DNA of 64,000 bases from Helicobacter cetorum (GTDB lineage Bacteria > Campylobacterota > Campylobacteria > Campylobacterales > DZAY01). A program made the translations under genes and the position numbers. The notes beneath the pieces are model-generated. The model was not told where the DNA came from, did no database searches, and worked only from the letters and a program-made list of their open reading frames with translations. Position 1 is the first letter of the stretch. Each line of letters begins with the position of its first letter. Shown here one piece after another: positions 31,119-41,559 of this stretch. Location of the stretch: assembly GCA_022729735.1 (NCBI GenBank), contig DZAY01000005.1, forward strand, positions 40,420 to 104,419, given 5' to 3'.

Positions 31119-32203
31119 ATATTAATTAAACTTTTATAATCACTTTTTATATACTCTCTCACACTTTTATCAATTTCAAAAATATCATCTAAAGAGTTGG
31201 CTTTGGTTTGAAATTTATTAAATGCTTTTAAAGTTAGCTTTGAAATATCTAAAAATCTTATATCTCCATTTACAAATAGCTCAATTGCAACTTCATTAGC
31301 ACCATTTACCACGACTCCTAAGTATGGTTTTTCTAAAAGTTCATCTTTTATTTCCCAAATTGGGTAACGATTTGTATATATTTCTCTAAAAGCAATTTCA
31401 CCCATTTTGACCAAATCAACTCGCTCTAAAATTGGCTCACAAACTTCATCTAAAAGTGCAAAAGCTATTGGAAGTTGCATATTAGTTTTTGCAATATGTG
31501 CCGTTGTGCTACCATCTACAAATTCAATTAAAGCATGAATTAATGATTTGCTTTCAATAAAAGCATCAATTTTATTGATATTAAATAGCCATTTAGCTTC
31601 TAATATTTCAAATAGTTTATTTGTCATTGTTGCACTATCAATTGTAATTTTTTGTCCCATACTCCAATTTGGATGTTTCAAGGCTTCATCTAATGTAACA
31701 TTTCTTAATTCACTCAAATCTCTATCTCTAAAAGCTCCACCACTTGCACTAATAATTAGTCGCTCTACTTTTGATTTTGCACTATTTAATAGATACCATA
31801 AACCAAAATGCTCACTATCAATAGCACGAATTTTGGATATATCTATAAATTCACCAGCTACAACAAGGGACTCTTTATTTGCAAGTGCTACGGTTTTATT
31901 TAATTTGATTGCTTCAATTGTTGGTTTAAGTCCCAAAAATCCAACCAAAGCATTTACAACTATATTGCTTTTAGCTAAATTTATAGCTTCAATTATCCCT
32001 TCTTCTCCATACAAAACTCTATTATGATTAACTTTTAAAGCTTTATCACCAACTACCACAATTGAAGGTTTAAACTCATTTATTTGTGCATTTAATAGTT
32101 CTATGTTTTTTCCTGCAACTAAAACTTCAACATCTAAACTATATTTTCTTGCAATATTTAGTGTATTTACTCCAATAGAACCCGTTGAGCCTAATATAAC
32201 CAT
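31115..32203 (-). CDS. dxr: 1-deoxy-D-xylulose-5-phosphate reductoisomerase
   Basis: LGSTGSIG, LANKESLV, IDSEH, HPNWSMGQKITIDSAT and NGANE. Confidence 0.97.
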   Translation of the reverse strand: MVILGSTGSIGVNTLNIARKYSLDVEVLVAGKNIELLNAQINEFKPSIVVVGDKALKVNHNRVLYGEEGIIEAINLAKSNIVVNALVGFLGLKPTIEAIKLNKTVALANKESLVVAGEFIDISKIRAIDSEHFGLWYLLNSAKSKVERLIISASGGAFRDRDLSELRNVTLDEALKHPNWSMGQKITIDSATMTNKLFEILEAKWLFNINKIDAFIESKSLIHALIEFVDGSTTAHIAKTNMQLPIAFALLDEVCEPILERVDLVKMGEIAFREIYTNRYPIWEIKDELLEKPYLGVVVNGANEVAIELFVNGDIRFLDISKLTLKAFNKFQTKANSLDDIFEIDKSVREYIKSDYKSLINI

Positions 32204-32970
32204 TAATTAATTGCCTTTAAAATTATATAAAGTAATACTCCTGAAAATAGATAACCATCAACTCTATCTAAAACTCCACCATGCCCTGGTAAAATATTAC
32301 CACTATCTTTTACATCAGCTATTCTCTTCAAATAACTCTCAAATAAATCCCCAAATATTGCACTTTTTGCAACTATGAAAGAGATTATTAAAGCATATAT
32401 TGGAGAAACTAAAACTAAACCTACAAAAAATCCAAATAGTGTTCCAATCACAACTCCACCAATTACACCTTCTAATGTCTTTTTTGGTGAAGTTTCACAA
32501 AATTTAGTTTTACCAAAACTTTTACCAACAAAATAAGCACCAATATCAGTGAAAGCAACCACAACTAAAAGCCATAAAAGTGCAACAATTCCAAAAAATT
32601 TATATATCGCTAAAATAAACAACATAGATAGTGTTGGATATAGAATTGGAACGATAACTTGATAGTTATCTTTTTTGAAATATGAGATATAAGAGAGACC
32701 AATAATTAAAGCAATTAGTGATAAATCTTCTGGATGTGGATAAATGTAAGCAATTAACCAAATAGCTAAAGCAAAAAAGTATAATTTATTATCATTTATA
32801 GAAAATAGTTTTAAGCTTTCATGAAATGATAATAGATAAATAACTCCTAAAAATCCCCAAATTAGTAAAAAATTATTGAAAATTCCAATTAAAACAGCCA
32901 AACCAATTAAAGCAACTCCTGTAACAACTCTTGTGCTATTTTCTAAAACAATAGCTTTAAATCTTTCCAT
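32203..32970 (-). CDS. cdsA: Phosphatidate cytidylyltransferase
   Basis: DIGAYFVG, SPKKTLEG and GDLFESYLKR...KDSGNILPGHGGVLDRVD; ATG at 32970 has an AGGA RBS. Confidence 0.95.
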   Translation of the reverse strand: MERFKAIVLENSTRVVTGVALIGLAVLIGIFNNFLLIWGFLGVIYLLSFHESLKLFSINDNKLYFFALAIWLIAYIYPHPEDLSLIALIIGLSYISYFKKDNYQVIVPILYPTLSMLFILAIYKFFGIVALLWLLVVVAFTDIGAYFVGKSFGKTKFCETSPKKTLEGVIGGVVIGTLFGFFVGLVLVSPIYALIISFIVAKSAIFGDLFESYLKRIADVKDSGNILPGHGGVLDRVDGYLFSGVLLYIILKAIN

Positions 32971-32993
32971 CAAAAATCCTAAATTTTTGATAA

Positions 32994-33006
32994 ATTCTAC
33001 TATAAT
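32994..33006. promoter_or_regulatory. Back-to-back sigma70 -10 boxes for cdsA (TAGAAT, minus) and polA (TATAAT, plus)
   Basis: ATTCTA at 32994-32999 and TATAAT at 33001-33006 in a 61-bp divergent gap; each lies upstream of an RBS. Confidence 0.55.
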
Positions 33007-33031
33007 TTCACAAAAAAAGGTTTTAAAAATT

Positions 33032-35653
33032 ATGAAAATAGCAGTTATTGATACATTTGGATTTTTATTTAGAAGTTATCATGCTTTGCCACCACTAAAG
33101 AGTAAAAGTGGTTTTCCAACTGGACTTCTTAGTGGATTTATAAAATTTATTAGCAGTTTAGATGATGATTATATAATATTTGCTCTTGATAGTGAAGCTA
33201 AAAAGTTTAGAACTGATATAGATATAAATTATAAAGCACATCGAAAAACTCCTGATAGCGATTTGATGTTACAGTTAGAGTTAGCTCTTAAATGGCTTGA
33301 TACAATGGGTTTTAAATCTGTAAAGGCTGATGGATTTGAAGCTGATGATGTAATTGCAACTATTTGTAAATGTGCAAAAAAGCAAGGATTAAGAGTTAAA
33401 ATTATAAGTCATGATAAAGATTTATATCAATTAATTGATGATAATTTTGTGAGTCTGTTTGACCCAATTTCAAAAAAAGAGATAAATGAGAGTGGAGTTG
33501 TAGCGAAATATGGAGTTAGTGCAAAAGAGTTTATAGATTATCAAAGTTTAATTGGTGATAGCAGTGATGGAGTGAAAGGAGTTAGTGGAATTGGTGCAAA
33601 AAAAGCTGTTGCTCTTCTTTCTCAATTTAAAACTCTTGAAAATATTTATGCAAATATTGATTTAGTAGCTCCACTTAGAGTTAAACAGCTATTAATTGAT
33701 GGTAAAAGTAGTGCATTTGTAAGTAAGCAGTTAGTAACACTTAGAGATGATATATTTGAAGAGTTTGATTTTAGTAGTTGTAAATCACCTAAAAATCCAA
33801 TTTTAACAATTGAGCAAGAGTTAATTGAACTTGATATTATTGCGACTTTAAACCGTGTCAAAAAATCGCAAATTGCAGAAGAGATTATAAAATTTGATGT
33901 GATTTTACTTGATAATTTTGATAAGTTGATAGATGTTATAGATAAAATTACAGAAGATAAAATTATAGCATTTGATTGCGAAACAACTTCATTAAATGTA
34001 AGAGAAGCCAAATTGGTCGGTTTTAGCTTTGCATACAACTTTAATGAGAGCTACTATGTGCCAATTGCTCACAATAGCGAAGATAGACAAGTTCCACTAA
34101 ATTTAGCAATAGATGGAATTAAGAGACTATTTAAGTTTAAGATTGTTGGACAAAATATCAAATATGATTTAGAAGTTTTACAAAAATATGTTGATATTAA
34201 AGATGTTAAAATTGTTGCAGATACAATGGTTTTATCGTGGTTAATAGAGCCAAGTATGAGTGCAAATTTAACTGATTTAGCAAAAAGAGAACTAAATTAT
34301 AATATGTTAGAATTTAGCTCGATTGTGCCAAAAAATCAAAGCTTTGCTGATGTTCCACTAAATATTGCATCTTTTTATGCTGGTGAAGATGCAAATATAA
34401 CTTATAGACTCTATTTTAAGCTACTAAATATTTTAAAAGAGAAAAACTATCAATTAATAGATGAGTTAGAAATAGTTGAAATTCCATTTATAAAGAGTCT
34501 CATTATGATGGAAAGCTCTGGAGTTGCACTTGATATAAATAGATTAGAAATACTTTTAAAAGAGTGTGAAAATTTAATAGAAGATTTGAAAGATAAAATT
34601 TATAAATTAGCAGGAGTAGAGTTTAATATAAATTCAACCAAACAGTTATCTGAAGTGCTATTTACTAATTTAAAACTTAAACCAACTAAAAAAACAAAAA
34701 CAGGATTTAGCACAGATGAAGAGGTTTTGGAAGATTTAATAGATGAACATTTGATTATAAAAGAGTTGTTAAATTATAGAGAAATTTATAAATTAAAATC
34801 TACATATATTGAACCACTTTTAAATATGAATGAAAATAGAGTAATTTATACAAACTTTTTGCATACAGGCACAAATACAGGACGACTTAGCTCTATAAAT
34901 CCAAACTTACAAAATATTCCAATTAAAAGTGAATTTGGAAAACTTATAAGAGATGTATTTATTGCGAGAGATGGTTATAAATTAGTTGGTATTGATTATT
35001 CTCAAATCGAGTTAAGACTATTAGCTCACTTTTCTTGTGATGAGGTTTTGGTTTCTGCATTTAGAGATGATAAAGATATACATTTAGAAACTGCTATTAA
35101 GCTCTTTGGTGATGAAGGAGTAAATAAAAGAGCTATTGCAAAAAGTATAAACTTTGGACTTATATATGGAATGGGAGTTAGAAAACTATCAAAAACATTA
35201 AATATTTCTCAAGATGAAGCTAAAAGTTATATGGATAGCTATTTTAATAGTTTTCCAACAATAAAAGAGTATATCCAAACTTTACAATCAAAAATAAAAT
35301 TAGATGGATATGTTGAAACTTTATTAAATCGCAGAAGATATTTTAATTTTGAAAATAGTAAAGCATATTTAGAAAGTAGCTATTTAAGAGAAGGTGTAAA
35401 TACACTTTTTCAAGGAAGTTCAGCAGATATTATCAAGCTTAGCATGAATGAAATTTATAAATATATAGTTGATGAAAACTTAGATGCAAAAATTTTATTA
35501 CAAATCCATGATGAGCTTTTAATTGAAGTTAGAGAAGATTTAGCATTTAGTTTGGGTGAAAAATTTAAATCCATTATGGAAAATAGTTATAAATTAAATG
35601 TTCCACTAAAAGCAAATCTGAAAATTGGTAGTAGTTGGGGAAATTTAAAATAA
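33032..35653 (+). CDS. polA: DNA polymerase I
   Basis: Start reassigned to MKIAVIDTFGFLFRSY at 33032; 5'-exo EADD and GDSSD; 3'-exo FDCETT; polymerase DYSQIELR, AKSINFGLIYG and QIHDEL. Confidence 0.97.
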   Translation: MKIAVIDTFGFLFRSYHALPPLKSKSGFPTGLLSGFIKFISSLDDDYIIFALDSEAKKFRTDIDINYKAHRKTPDSDLMLQLELALKWLDTMGFKSVKADGFEADDVIATICKCAKKQGLRVKIISHDKDLYQLIDDNFVSLFDPISKKEINESGVVAKYGVSAKEFIDYQSLIGDSSDGVKGVSGIGAKKAVALLSQFKTLENIYANIDLVAPLRVKQLLIDGKSSAFVSKQLVTLRDDIFEEFDFSSCKSPKNPILTIEQELIELDIIATLNRVKKSQIAEEIIKFDVILLDNFDKLIDVIDKITEDKIIAFDCETTSLNVREAKLVGFSFAYNFNESYYVPIAHNSEDRQVPLNLAIDGIKRLFKFKIVGQNIKYDLEVLQKYVDIKDVKIVADTMVLSWLIEPSMSANLTDLAKRELNYNMLEFSSIVPKNQSFADVPLNIASFYAGEDANITYRLYFKLLNILKEKNYQLIDELEIVEIPFIKSLIMMESSGVALDINRLEILLKECENLIEDLKDKIYKLAGVEFNINSTKQLSEVLFTNLKLKPTKKTKTGFSTDEEVLEDLIDEHLIIKELLNYREIYKLKSTYIEPLLNMNENRVIYTNFLHTGTNTGRLSSINPNLQNIPIKSEFGKLIRDVFIARDGYKLVGIDYSQIELRLLAHFSCDEVLVSAFRDDKDIHLETAIKLFGDEGVNKRAIAKSINFGLIYGMGVRKLSKTLNISQDEAKSYMDSYFNSFPTIKEYIQTLQSKIKLDGYVETLLNRRRYFNFENSKAYLESSYLREGVNTLFQGSSADIIKLSMNEIYKYIVDENLDAKILLQIHDELLIEVREDLAFSLGEKFKSIMENSYKLNVPLKANLKIGSSWGNLK

Positions 35654-35669
35654 GACCAAGAGAGAGATT

Positions 35670-38600
35670 TTACTCTATCTCTTTTAATCCAACTCTTAGT
35701 TTCTCTTTTTTTTGCTCCAATTTTCTTAAATGTTTCCAATAAAGTAATGGAACAACAAATAGTGAAAGCACAGTAGATACTGCTACACCAAAAATAAGTG
35801 CAACTGCTAAACCTTGCCACACAGGGTCTAATACAATAACCAAAGATGCTAAAATAATTGCTAAAGCTGTTAGGATAATTGGTCTAAATCTTGTAGCAGC
35901 TCCTTCAATCATTGCATCATTTAAAGATTTACCTTCTGCTATCAACTCATTTGTAAAATCTACAAGTAAGAGCGAGTTTCTCACTACAATTCCAGCTAAA
36001 GCTATAAATCCTATCATGCTTGTTGCTGTAAAATATGTTGGAGTAAAAATATCCATAATGGCATGTCCTGGTAAAACTCCAATAAATGTTAAAGGAATTG
36101 CAACTAATACTATTCCTGGAGTTCCAACTTTGCCATAATATGCTAAAAGCAAAATATATATTAAAATTACAGCAACTCCAAATGCACTTCCTAAATCTCT
36201 AAATACATCAAATGTGATTTTCCACTCTCCAGACCAAATAAGGTTTAATTTTGCACCTGTTTCTATATTTGTAGCTACCAAATTTAGTCGTGGATTTCCA
36301 TCATATTCGATTTTATATCCATCTAAACCTTCATCTTTTAACTGAAAAAATATGTCAAGTAGAGCATATACAGAGCCTCTTTTGTCAAGTTCTGCTGTTA
36401 TCATTGTAATTTTATTTAAATTTTTACTTGTAATAAGCTCATCTCTCTCTATCTTTTCAATTCTTGTAATTTCGCTAAGTGGTATAACTCTATTTTGAGT
36501 TGGTGAAAATAGCTTAACACTATAAAAATCATCTAACTCATCTCTATAATCTTGTTGAAATCTTACAAATATTCCTATCTGCTCTTTTTCATCATTTATA
36601 TGTGCTGTGCTAACAACTGCACCACCAAATCCAACACTAATTACTCTTGAAATTTCTTCAACACTAATTCCTGCTAATTTTGCTTTTTGCAAATCTGGAA
36701 TTACAGAATATTTTGCAATTAAATCATCTGCTAAAATATCAATATCTACAACACCATCAATTGTGGAATAAATATTTTTCATCTTCTCTGCAAATTTTCT
36801 TCTCTCAATATCACTTTCACCCGTTACTTCTATTAGAAGTGTCGCTAATACTGGTGGGCCTGGAGGGTCTTCTACTAATTTAATATTTGCATTAGCAATT
36901 CTTGAACACTCTTGTAGTTTTGGTCTTAATCTGCTAACTAAATCAATTGAAGACTCTTCTCTTAAATCTTTGTGTTTTAGATTTACTCTAATTTCTGCTA
37001 CATTTTCACCTTTTTTCATAGATGCACCTCGAAGCAAACCGTTGAAGTCAATCACTCCACCAAATCCCACAAATGTTTCAAAATCGCTAATCTCTTTTTC
37101 ACTTTTTAAAATCTCTTCAACACATACAGCACTCTTTTCACTCTCTTTTATAGAGCTTCCATTTGGTAAATCTATTGTTATGTTAAATGTATTTTTATTT
37201 GCACCTGGGAGCATTTTAAACTGAACAATCTTTAGTGCTGGAAGTGCAAGTGAGACAAAAAATAGTCCAATTATAAAAAACATAAACATATATCTAATCC
37301 ATCTATTTTCTACCATTGGTCTTAAAATCGCATTAAAAACTGTGTAAATTTTGCTACTTTTAATAGAAAATGGCTCACTATTATGATGAATAGTTAAATA
37401 TCTATTTGATGCCCATGGAGTAAAAATATATGCAACCATAAGTGATGCAATCATTGCAATTGGAACATTAAATGGAATTGGAGCCATATATGGTCCCATC
37501 ATTCCACCAACATAAGCCATTGGAATAAATGATAAAATAACGGTCATGGTTGCTAGTGTTGTAGGATTTCCAATCTCATTAGTTGCACTAATTACAGTTT
37601 TAGTTTTGTTTTTTACACCCATAGCAAATCTTCTATGAATATTTTCAACTACCACAATCGCATCATCTACAAGCAATCCAAGCGATAAAATAAGAGCAAA
37701 AAGTGTAATTCTATTTATACTTTGGTCAGCTAACATTCCAATAAAAAGTGTGATTGAAAGAACTAATGGAATTGCAACTGATACGATTAAAGCTTCTTTT
37801 AAACCAAGCATGAATACAAGCAAAATCACAACCACAATTACAGCAATTACTAAATGGTGAATTAACTCATTTACAGCATCATTTGCTTTAACTCCATCAT
37901 CTCTTGTAATAATTAAATCAATCCCTTTTGGTAAATCTTTTTGTAAGCTTTCTACAACTTTTACAATATCTTCAGCTACAAATACTGCATTTGTTCCTCG
38001 CTTTTTAGAAGCATAAACCGTAACTTGATTTAGTTTTTCACCAATTTTAAAGTTTGTATCTTGACTATTTGCTTCTCCCAAAGTTATAGCTGTGCTATGT
38101 TTTTCTTGAAAAGATGTTCCATCTTCAATTATTGCAATATCAGTTAAATAGATTAATCTATTTTCACTTGCAGATATTACAATATTTTTTAAATCATCAA
38201 AACTTTTTATAAAGCTATTAAACTCTACATCAAGCGAATATTTTTCTCCATCCATTGTGCCTAATGGAAGAGCCACATTTGTAGATTTTAGAGCATTTAC
38301 AACATGTTCTATTGAGAGTTGATATGAAGATAGTTTAATTGGGTCAATTAATATATTAAACTGTCTCTTTTCTCCTCCCAAAATATTTACAATCGATACA
38401 TCAGACATTTTTCCAATTGGAGTTAAAAATCTTTGAGCAACTTTGTATAGCTCAACTTCACTATAATCTTTACTACTCAATGCTATTGTTACAATTGGAA
38501 CCTCATCAATATCAATAGGTTTAAATATTGGCATATTGACACCATGTGGCAATATATTTAAATTTTGCATCACTCTATCATAAAGCTTTATAAGTGACCT

Positions 38601-38993
38601 CTCTTTATCTTCACCTATAAAAAATCTAACAGTAACAACTCCAAAACTATTTCCAGCCATTCCATAAACATCTTCTACACCATTAATCTCTTTTAATATT
38701 CGTGAAAGTGGCTCTATAATTATCTCTTGAACCTCTTTTGTAGACGCCCCAGGGTAGCTAATAATCAAATTTGCGGCTGGAATATCAATTTGAGGATTTT
38801 CTTCTCTTGGAGTAAAAAATATCGCAACTAATCCAGCAATTAAAACTGCTATTGCTAAAATTGGAGTAAGAGGTGAAAATATGAATTTCCTTGATAACCT
38901 ACCTGCAATATTTAGTTTCAACTCTTCTTCAATATGCAATATCTCTTGCTCATCATTTGCCCTTTTTTGTTCTAATTCACTCAATTTACTCAT
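35670..38993 (-). CDS. RND efflux permease (AcrB family)
   Basis: TPREENPQI, GLLVDDAIVVVENI and RFRPIILT; 12-TM pattern. Confidence 0.93.
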   Translation of the reverse strand: MSKLSELEQKRANDEQEILHIEEELKLNIAGRLSRKFIFSPLTPILAIAVLIAGLVAIFFTPREENPQIDIPAANLIISYPGASTKEVQEIIIEPLSRILKEINGVEDVYGMAGNSFGVVTVRFFIGEDKERSLIKLYDRVMQNLNILPHGVNMPIFKPIDIDEVPIVTIALSSKDYSEVELYKVAQRFLTPIGKMSDVSIVNILGGEKRQFNILIDPIKLSSYQLSIEHVVNALKSTNVALPLGTMDGEKYSLDVEFNSFIKSFDDLKNIVISASENRLIYLTDIAIIEDGTSFQEKHSTAITLGEANSQDTNFKIGEKLNQVTVYASKKRGTNAVFVAEDIVKVVESLQKDLPKGIDLIITRDDGVKANDAVNELIHHLVIAVIVVVILLVFMLGLKEALIVSVAIPLVLSITLFIGMLADQSINRITLFALILSLGLLVDDAIVVVENIHRRFAMGVKNKTKTVISATNEIGNPTTLATMTVILSFIPMAYVGGMMGPYMAPIPFNVPIAMIASLMVAYIFTPWASNRYLTIHHNSEPFSIKSSKIYTVFNAILRPMVENRWIRYMFMFFIIGLFFVSLALPALKIVQFKMLPGANKNTFNITIDLPNGSSIKESEKSAVCVEEILKSEKEISDFETFVGFGGVIDFNGLLRGASMKKGENVAEIRVNLKHKDLREESSIDLVSRLRPKLQECSRIANANIKLVEDPPGPPVLATLLIEVTGESDIERRKFAEKMKNIYSTIDGVVDIDILADDLIAKYSVIPDLQKAKLAGISVEEISRVISVGFGGAVVSTAHINDEKEQIGIFVRFQQDYRDELDDFYSVKLFSPTQNRVIPLSEITRIEKIERDELITSKNLNKITMITAELDKRGSVYALLDIFFQLKDEGLDGYKIEYDGNPRLNLVATNIETGAKLNLIWSGEWKITFDVFRDLGSAFGVAVILIYILLLAYYGKVGTPGIVLVAIPLTFIGVLPGHAIMDIFTPTYFTATSMIGFIALAGIVVRNSLLLVDFTNELIAEGKSLNDAMIEGAATRFRPIILTALAIILASLVIVLDPVWQGLAVALIFGVAVSTVLSLFVVPLLYWKHLRKLEQKKEKLRVGLKEIE

Positions 38994-38994
38994 T

Positions 38995-40044
38995 TTATTC
39001 CTTTATACTATCACCATCTTTTAAATTCATAGGTGGATATAGGATAACTTTTTGACCACTACTAACACCTTCGATTTCAACTTTTTCACTAAATCTTTCT
39101 CTAATTTTTATTGGATAAAAGATAGCTTTAAAATCTTGCACAACAAACACTCCATCAATCCCACCTCGTTTTGTTAGAGCTGATATTGGAGCTAAAATAG
39201 TTTCTCTTTGTTGAGTTGTTGCTTCTATTTTTGCAAACATCCCAGGCATTAAACCTTTTTTAGAATTTATCAAATCTACTTTGATTTTATAAGACCTTGT
39301 AGTTGGGTCAATCGATGGCACAACAGCACTAACTTTACCATCCAATCGCTCTTTTAAACTTGGAACAAATACGGATACATCTTTTCCAATATTTAAATTT
39401 CCAAGTTCTGATTCATTTACATTTGCATATACTCTCAATATATCAGTTGAAGATATTACCAAAATTGGTTGCCCTGGAATTGCTAACTCTGCTGTTTTTT
39501 TAAGTTTAGATATTACAACTCCATCACTTTGAGCTGTTACTTTTGAGTATTTAATTTGTGATTTTGCATAATTTAGTGAAGTTTCTGCCTGTTTTAAAAC
39601 CGATTGAGCAATATCTAATTGAGATTTTTTTATATTTAAATCAAGTTCAACTTTTTCAAAATCTCGCTTAGGATAAACACCTTTTTCATACAAATCTTTA
39701 AATCTTTCATAATCTCTTTTGCTATCATTTAGAGCCGATTTTGCAATTGCAACTCCAGATTTTGCTTGAGTTAATTGATTTTGTGCTTGATTTATTTGAG
39801 ATTCTATATCTGTTGGGTCTATCTCAAATAACACATCACCACTTTTTACAAAATCCCCTTCTTCTACATAAATATTTTTGATAAAACCACTAATTCTTGA
39901 AGAAATCATCTTCTCATTTGGAGAATAAACTTCTCCCGCAAACTCTTTATTACTAAAAACTAACTCATTTTTGACAACTGCACTTTGATAACTCTCTGCA
40001 AATGAGAGTGTTAAAAGTGATACAAAAATTAAAATCTTTCTCAT
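38995..40044 (-). CDS. RND periplasmic adaptor (MFP)
   Basis: ISSRISG.I, VEEGDFVKSG, a coiled-coil hairpin, IDPTTRS and LMPGMF. Confidence 0.93.
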   Translation of the reverse strand: MRKILIFVSLLTLSFAESYQSAVVKNELVFSNKEFAGEVYSPNEKMISSRISGFIKNIYVEEGDFVKSGDVLFEIDPTDIESQINQAQNQLTQAKSGVAIAKSALNDSKRDYERFKDLYEKGVYPKRDFEKVELDLNIKKSQLDIAQSVLKQAETSLNYAKSQIKYSKVTAQSDGVVISKLKKTAELAIPGQPILVISSTDILRVYANVNESELGNLNIGKDVSVFVPSLKERLDGKVSAVVPSIDPTTRSYKIKVDLINSKKGLMPGMFAKIEATTQQRETILAPISALTKRGGIDGVFVVQDFKAIFYPIKIRERFSEKVEIEGVSSGQKVILYPPMNLKDGDSIKE

Positions 40045-40047
40045 TTT

Positions 40048-41385
40048 TTACTCCTTAATCTTAGCACCAATTGAGTATTTAAGATTTGCTATACTCAATA
40101 GATAGTTATATTCTGCTTCATATAAATTTGCTCTTGCTTCAAAAACTCTTGCTTCTTTTATCAATAAATCTGAAATCGTGATGAGACTATTTTTATACAT
40201 AAGAAGTGAGTTTTCAAATATCTCTTCAGCTAATAGTTTTGATTGCTCTTTTTGTGAAACAATCTCTTTTTTTGTCTCCATATCTAATAGACTCTTTTCA
40301 ACATCTAATTTTATAGAGTTAATTAACTCCTCTTTTTGAAAACCAACTTTTAAATGTTCTAAATTTGCCTTTTCACTTTTAGAAACTCTACTACCAGCAT
40401 CAAAGATTGTATAATTTATTCCAACTCCAACTGTGTAGTAATCATTTTGAAGTGTTGGAAGAGAGTCGCTATTTAATCCATATCTTGCAAATAGTCCAAC
40501 TTGCGGATAATTTTCACTTTTTTCTACATCTATCTTTTTTGATAAAGTTGCTAAATTAGATGAGATAAATTTTATTTCATCTCTATTTGCAATTGCTAAC
40601 TCTTGTAATATATTTAAATTCTGTGTTTCTATTGATGGTATTTCAAACTCATAAACCCCATCAATAGTGCTATCAACTGTTAAAAATCTAATATATGCTA
40701 AAGCGATAGCATATCTATTTTGAACATCTGTAACTTTTGATTTTGCTTTTAGTAGATGCTCTTTTGCTTCTATTAAATCTACATTAGTCAATAATCCCTT
40801 ATTTACAAATTCTGTGGTTAAATTTAGAATTGATTTTGCTGACTCTAATCCTTTTTTGGTAGCATCTAAAATATGTCTGCTCAAAACTGCACTATTATAA
40901 GCATAAAAAAGCTCTTTTTCTAAAACTTTCTTATCAATTGCTAATCTAATCTCATTTGCTCTTATTTGCAAAGAAGCAATTTGTTTGTAATGCTCTATCT
41001 TAAAACCCGTAAATATTGGATATTGATACTCCAAAAATGTATCAAAATTTGCTTTTGGCGAAGGATTATTTAGTGCATTTGGAACAATACTGCTATCTCC
41101 ATTAAATTCACCAAATCCAAAATCTCCAAAAGATGCTTCTCTGCTTGAGAGTTTAAAACCAAAAACATTTAGAGGAGAATTTGAGTATGTGAAATTATGT
41201 TTGAGTGATAAAATTCCAAAATCCTGGGCTAAAACTGTGGCTAAATCCTCTTTTGCTATATCTATATTTGTGGCACTTGCTTTTATAGCTGGGCTGGATT
41301 TTAGAGCTAATTCATAACTCTCTTTAAAATCTACAACCTTTGCACTTACTATTAGAGGAATAGTTAATGCGATAAGTCTAAGCAT
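40048..41385 (-). CDS. TolC-family outer membrane efflux protein
   Basis: Signal peptide and OEP repeats (YPIFTG, YTIFDAG); first gene of the TolC-MFP-RND operon; GAAAGGA RBS. Confidence 0.9.
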   Translation of the reverse strand: MLRLIALTIPLIVSAKVVDFKESYELALKSSPAIKASATNIDIAKEDLATVLAQDFGILSLKHNFTYSNSPLNVFGFKLSSREASFGDFGFGEFNGDSSIVPNALNNPSPKANFDTFLEYQYPIFTGFKIEHYKQIASLQIRANEIRLAIDKKVLEKELFYAYNSAVLSRHILDATKKGLESAKSILNLTTEFVNKGLLTNVDLIEAKEHLLKAKSKVTDVQNRYAIALAYIRFLTVDSTIDGVYEFEIPSIETQNLNILQELAIANRDEIKFISSNLATLSKKIDVEKSENYPQVGLFARYGLNSDSLPTLQNDYYTVGVGINYTIFDAGSRVSKSEKANLEHLKVGFQKEELINSIKLDVEKSLLDMETKKEIVSQKEQSKLLAEEIFENSLLMYKNSLITISDLLIKEARVFEARANLYEAEYNYLLSIANLKYSIGAKIKE

Positions 41386-41484
41386 GTTTTTCCTTTCAAA
41401 AAAGTTTAAGAATTATAAAACATATCCTCTTACATTAATCTTAGAAAAGAAAATAATAAAATAGACTTATAATTGATTTGTTTA

Positions 41485-41510
41485 TTTAAACATATCAAAT
41501 GTTTAAACAT
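41485..41510. promoter_or_regulatory. Putative operator: TTTAAACAT-N5-ATGTTTAAA overlapping palindrome ATGTTTAAACAT
   Basis: Read directly; lies between divergent -10 boxes (minus TATAAT 41412-41417, plus TGaTATAAT 41522-41530). Confidence 0.5.
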
Positions 41511-41559
41511 GTAAATAAATTTGATATAATTTATTAAATTTATGAATAGTGAGTAAATT

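Noticed and set aside
32876-33031. N-terminal extension of PolA in the ORF track
   Set aside because: It overlaps cdsA on the other strand. The PolA fold starts at 33032, which has its own RBS and -10.
35658-35685. Terminator between convergent polA and RND genes
   Set aside because: The stem is imperfect, low in complexity and overlaps the RND coding end; too weak to call.
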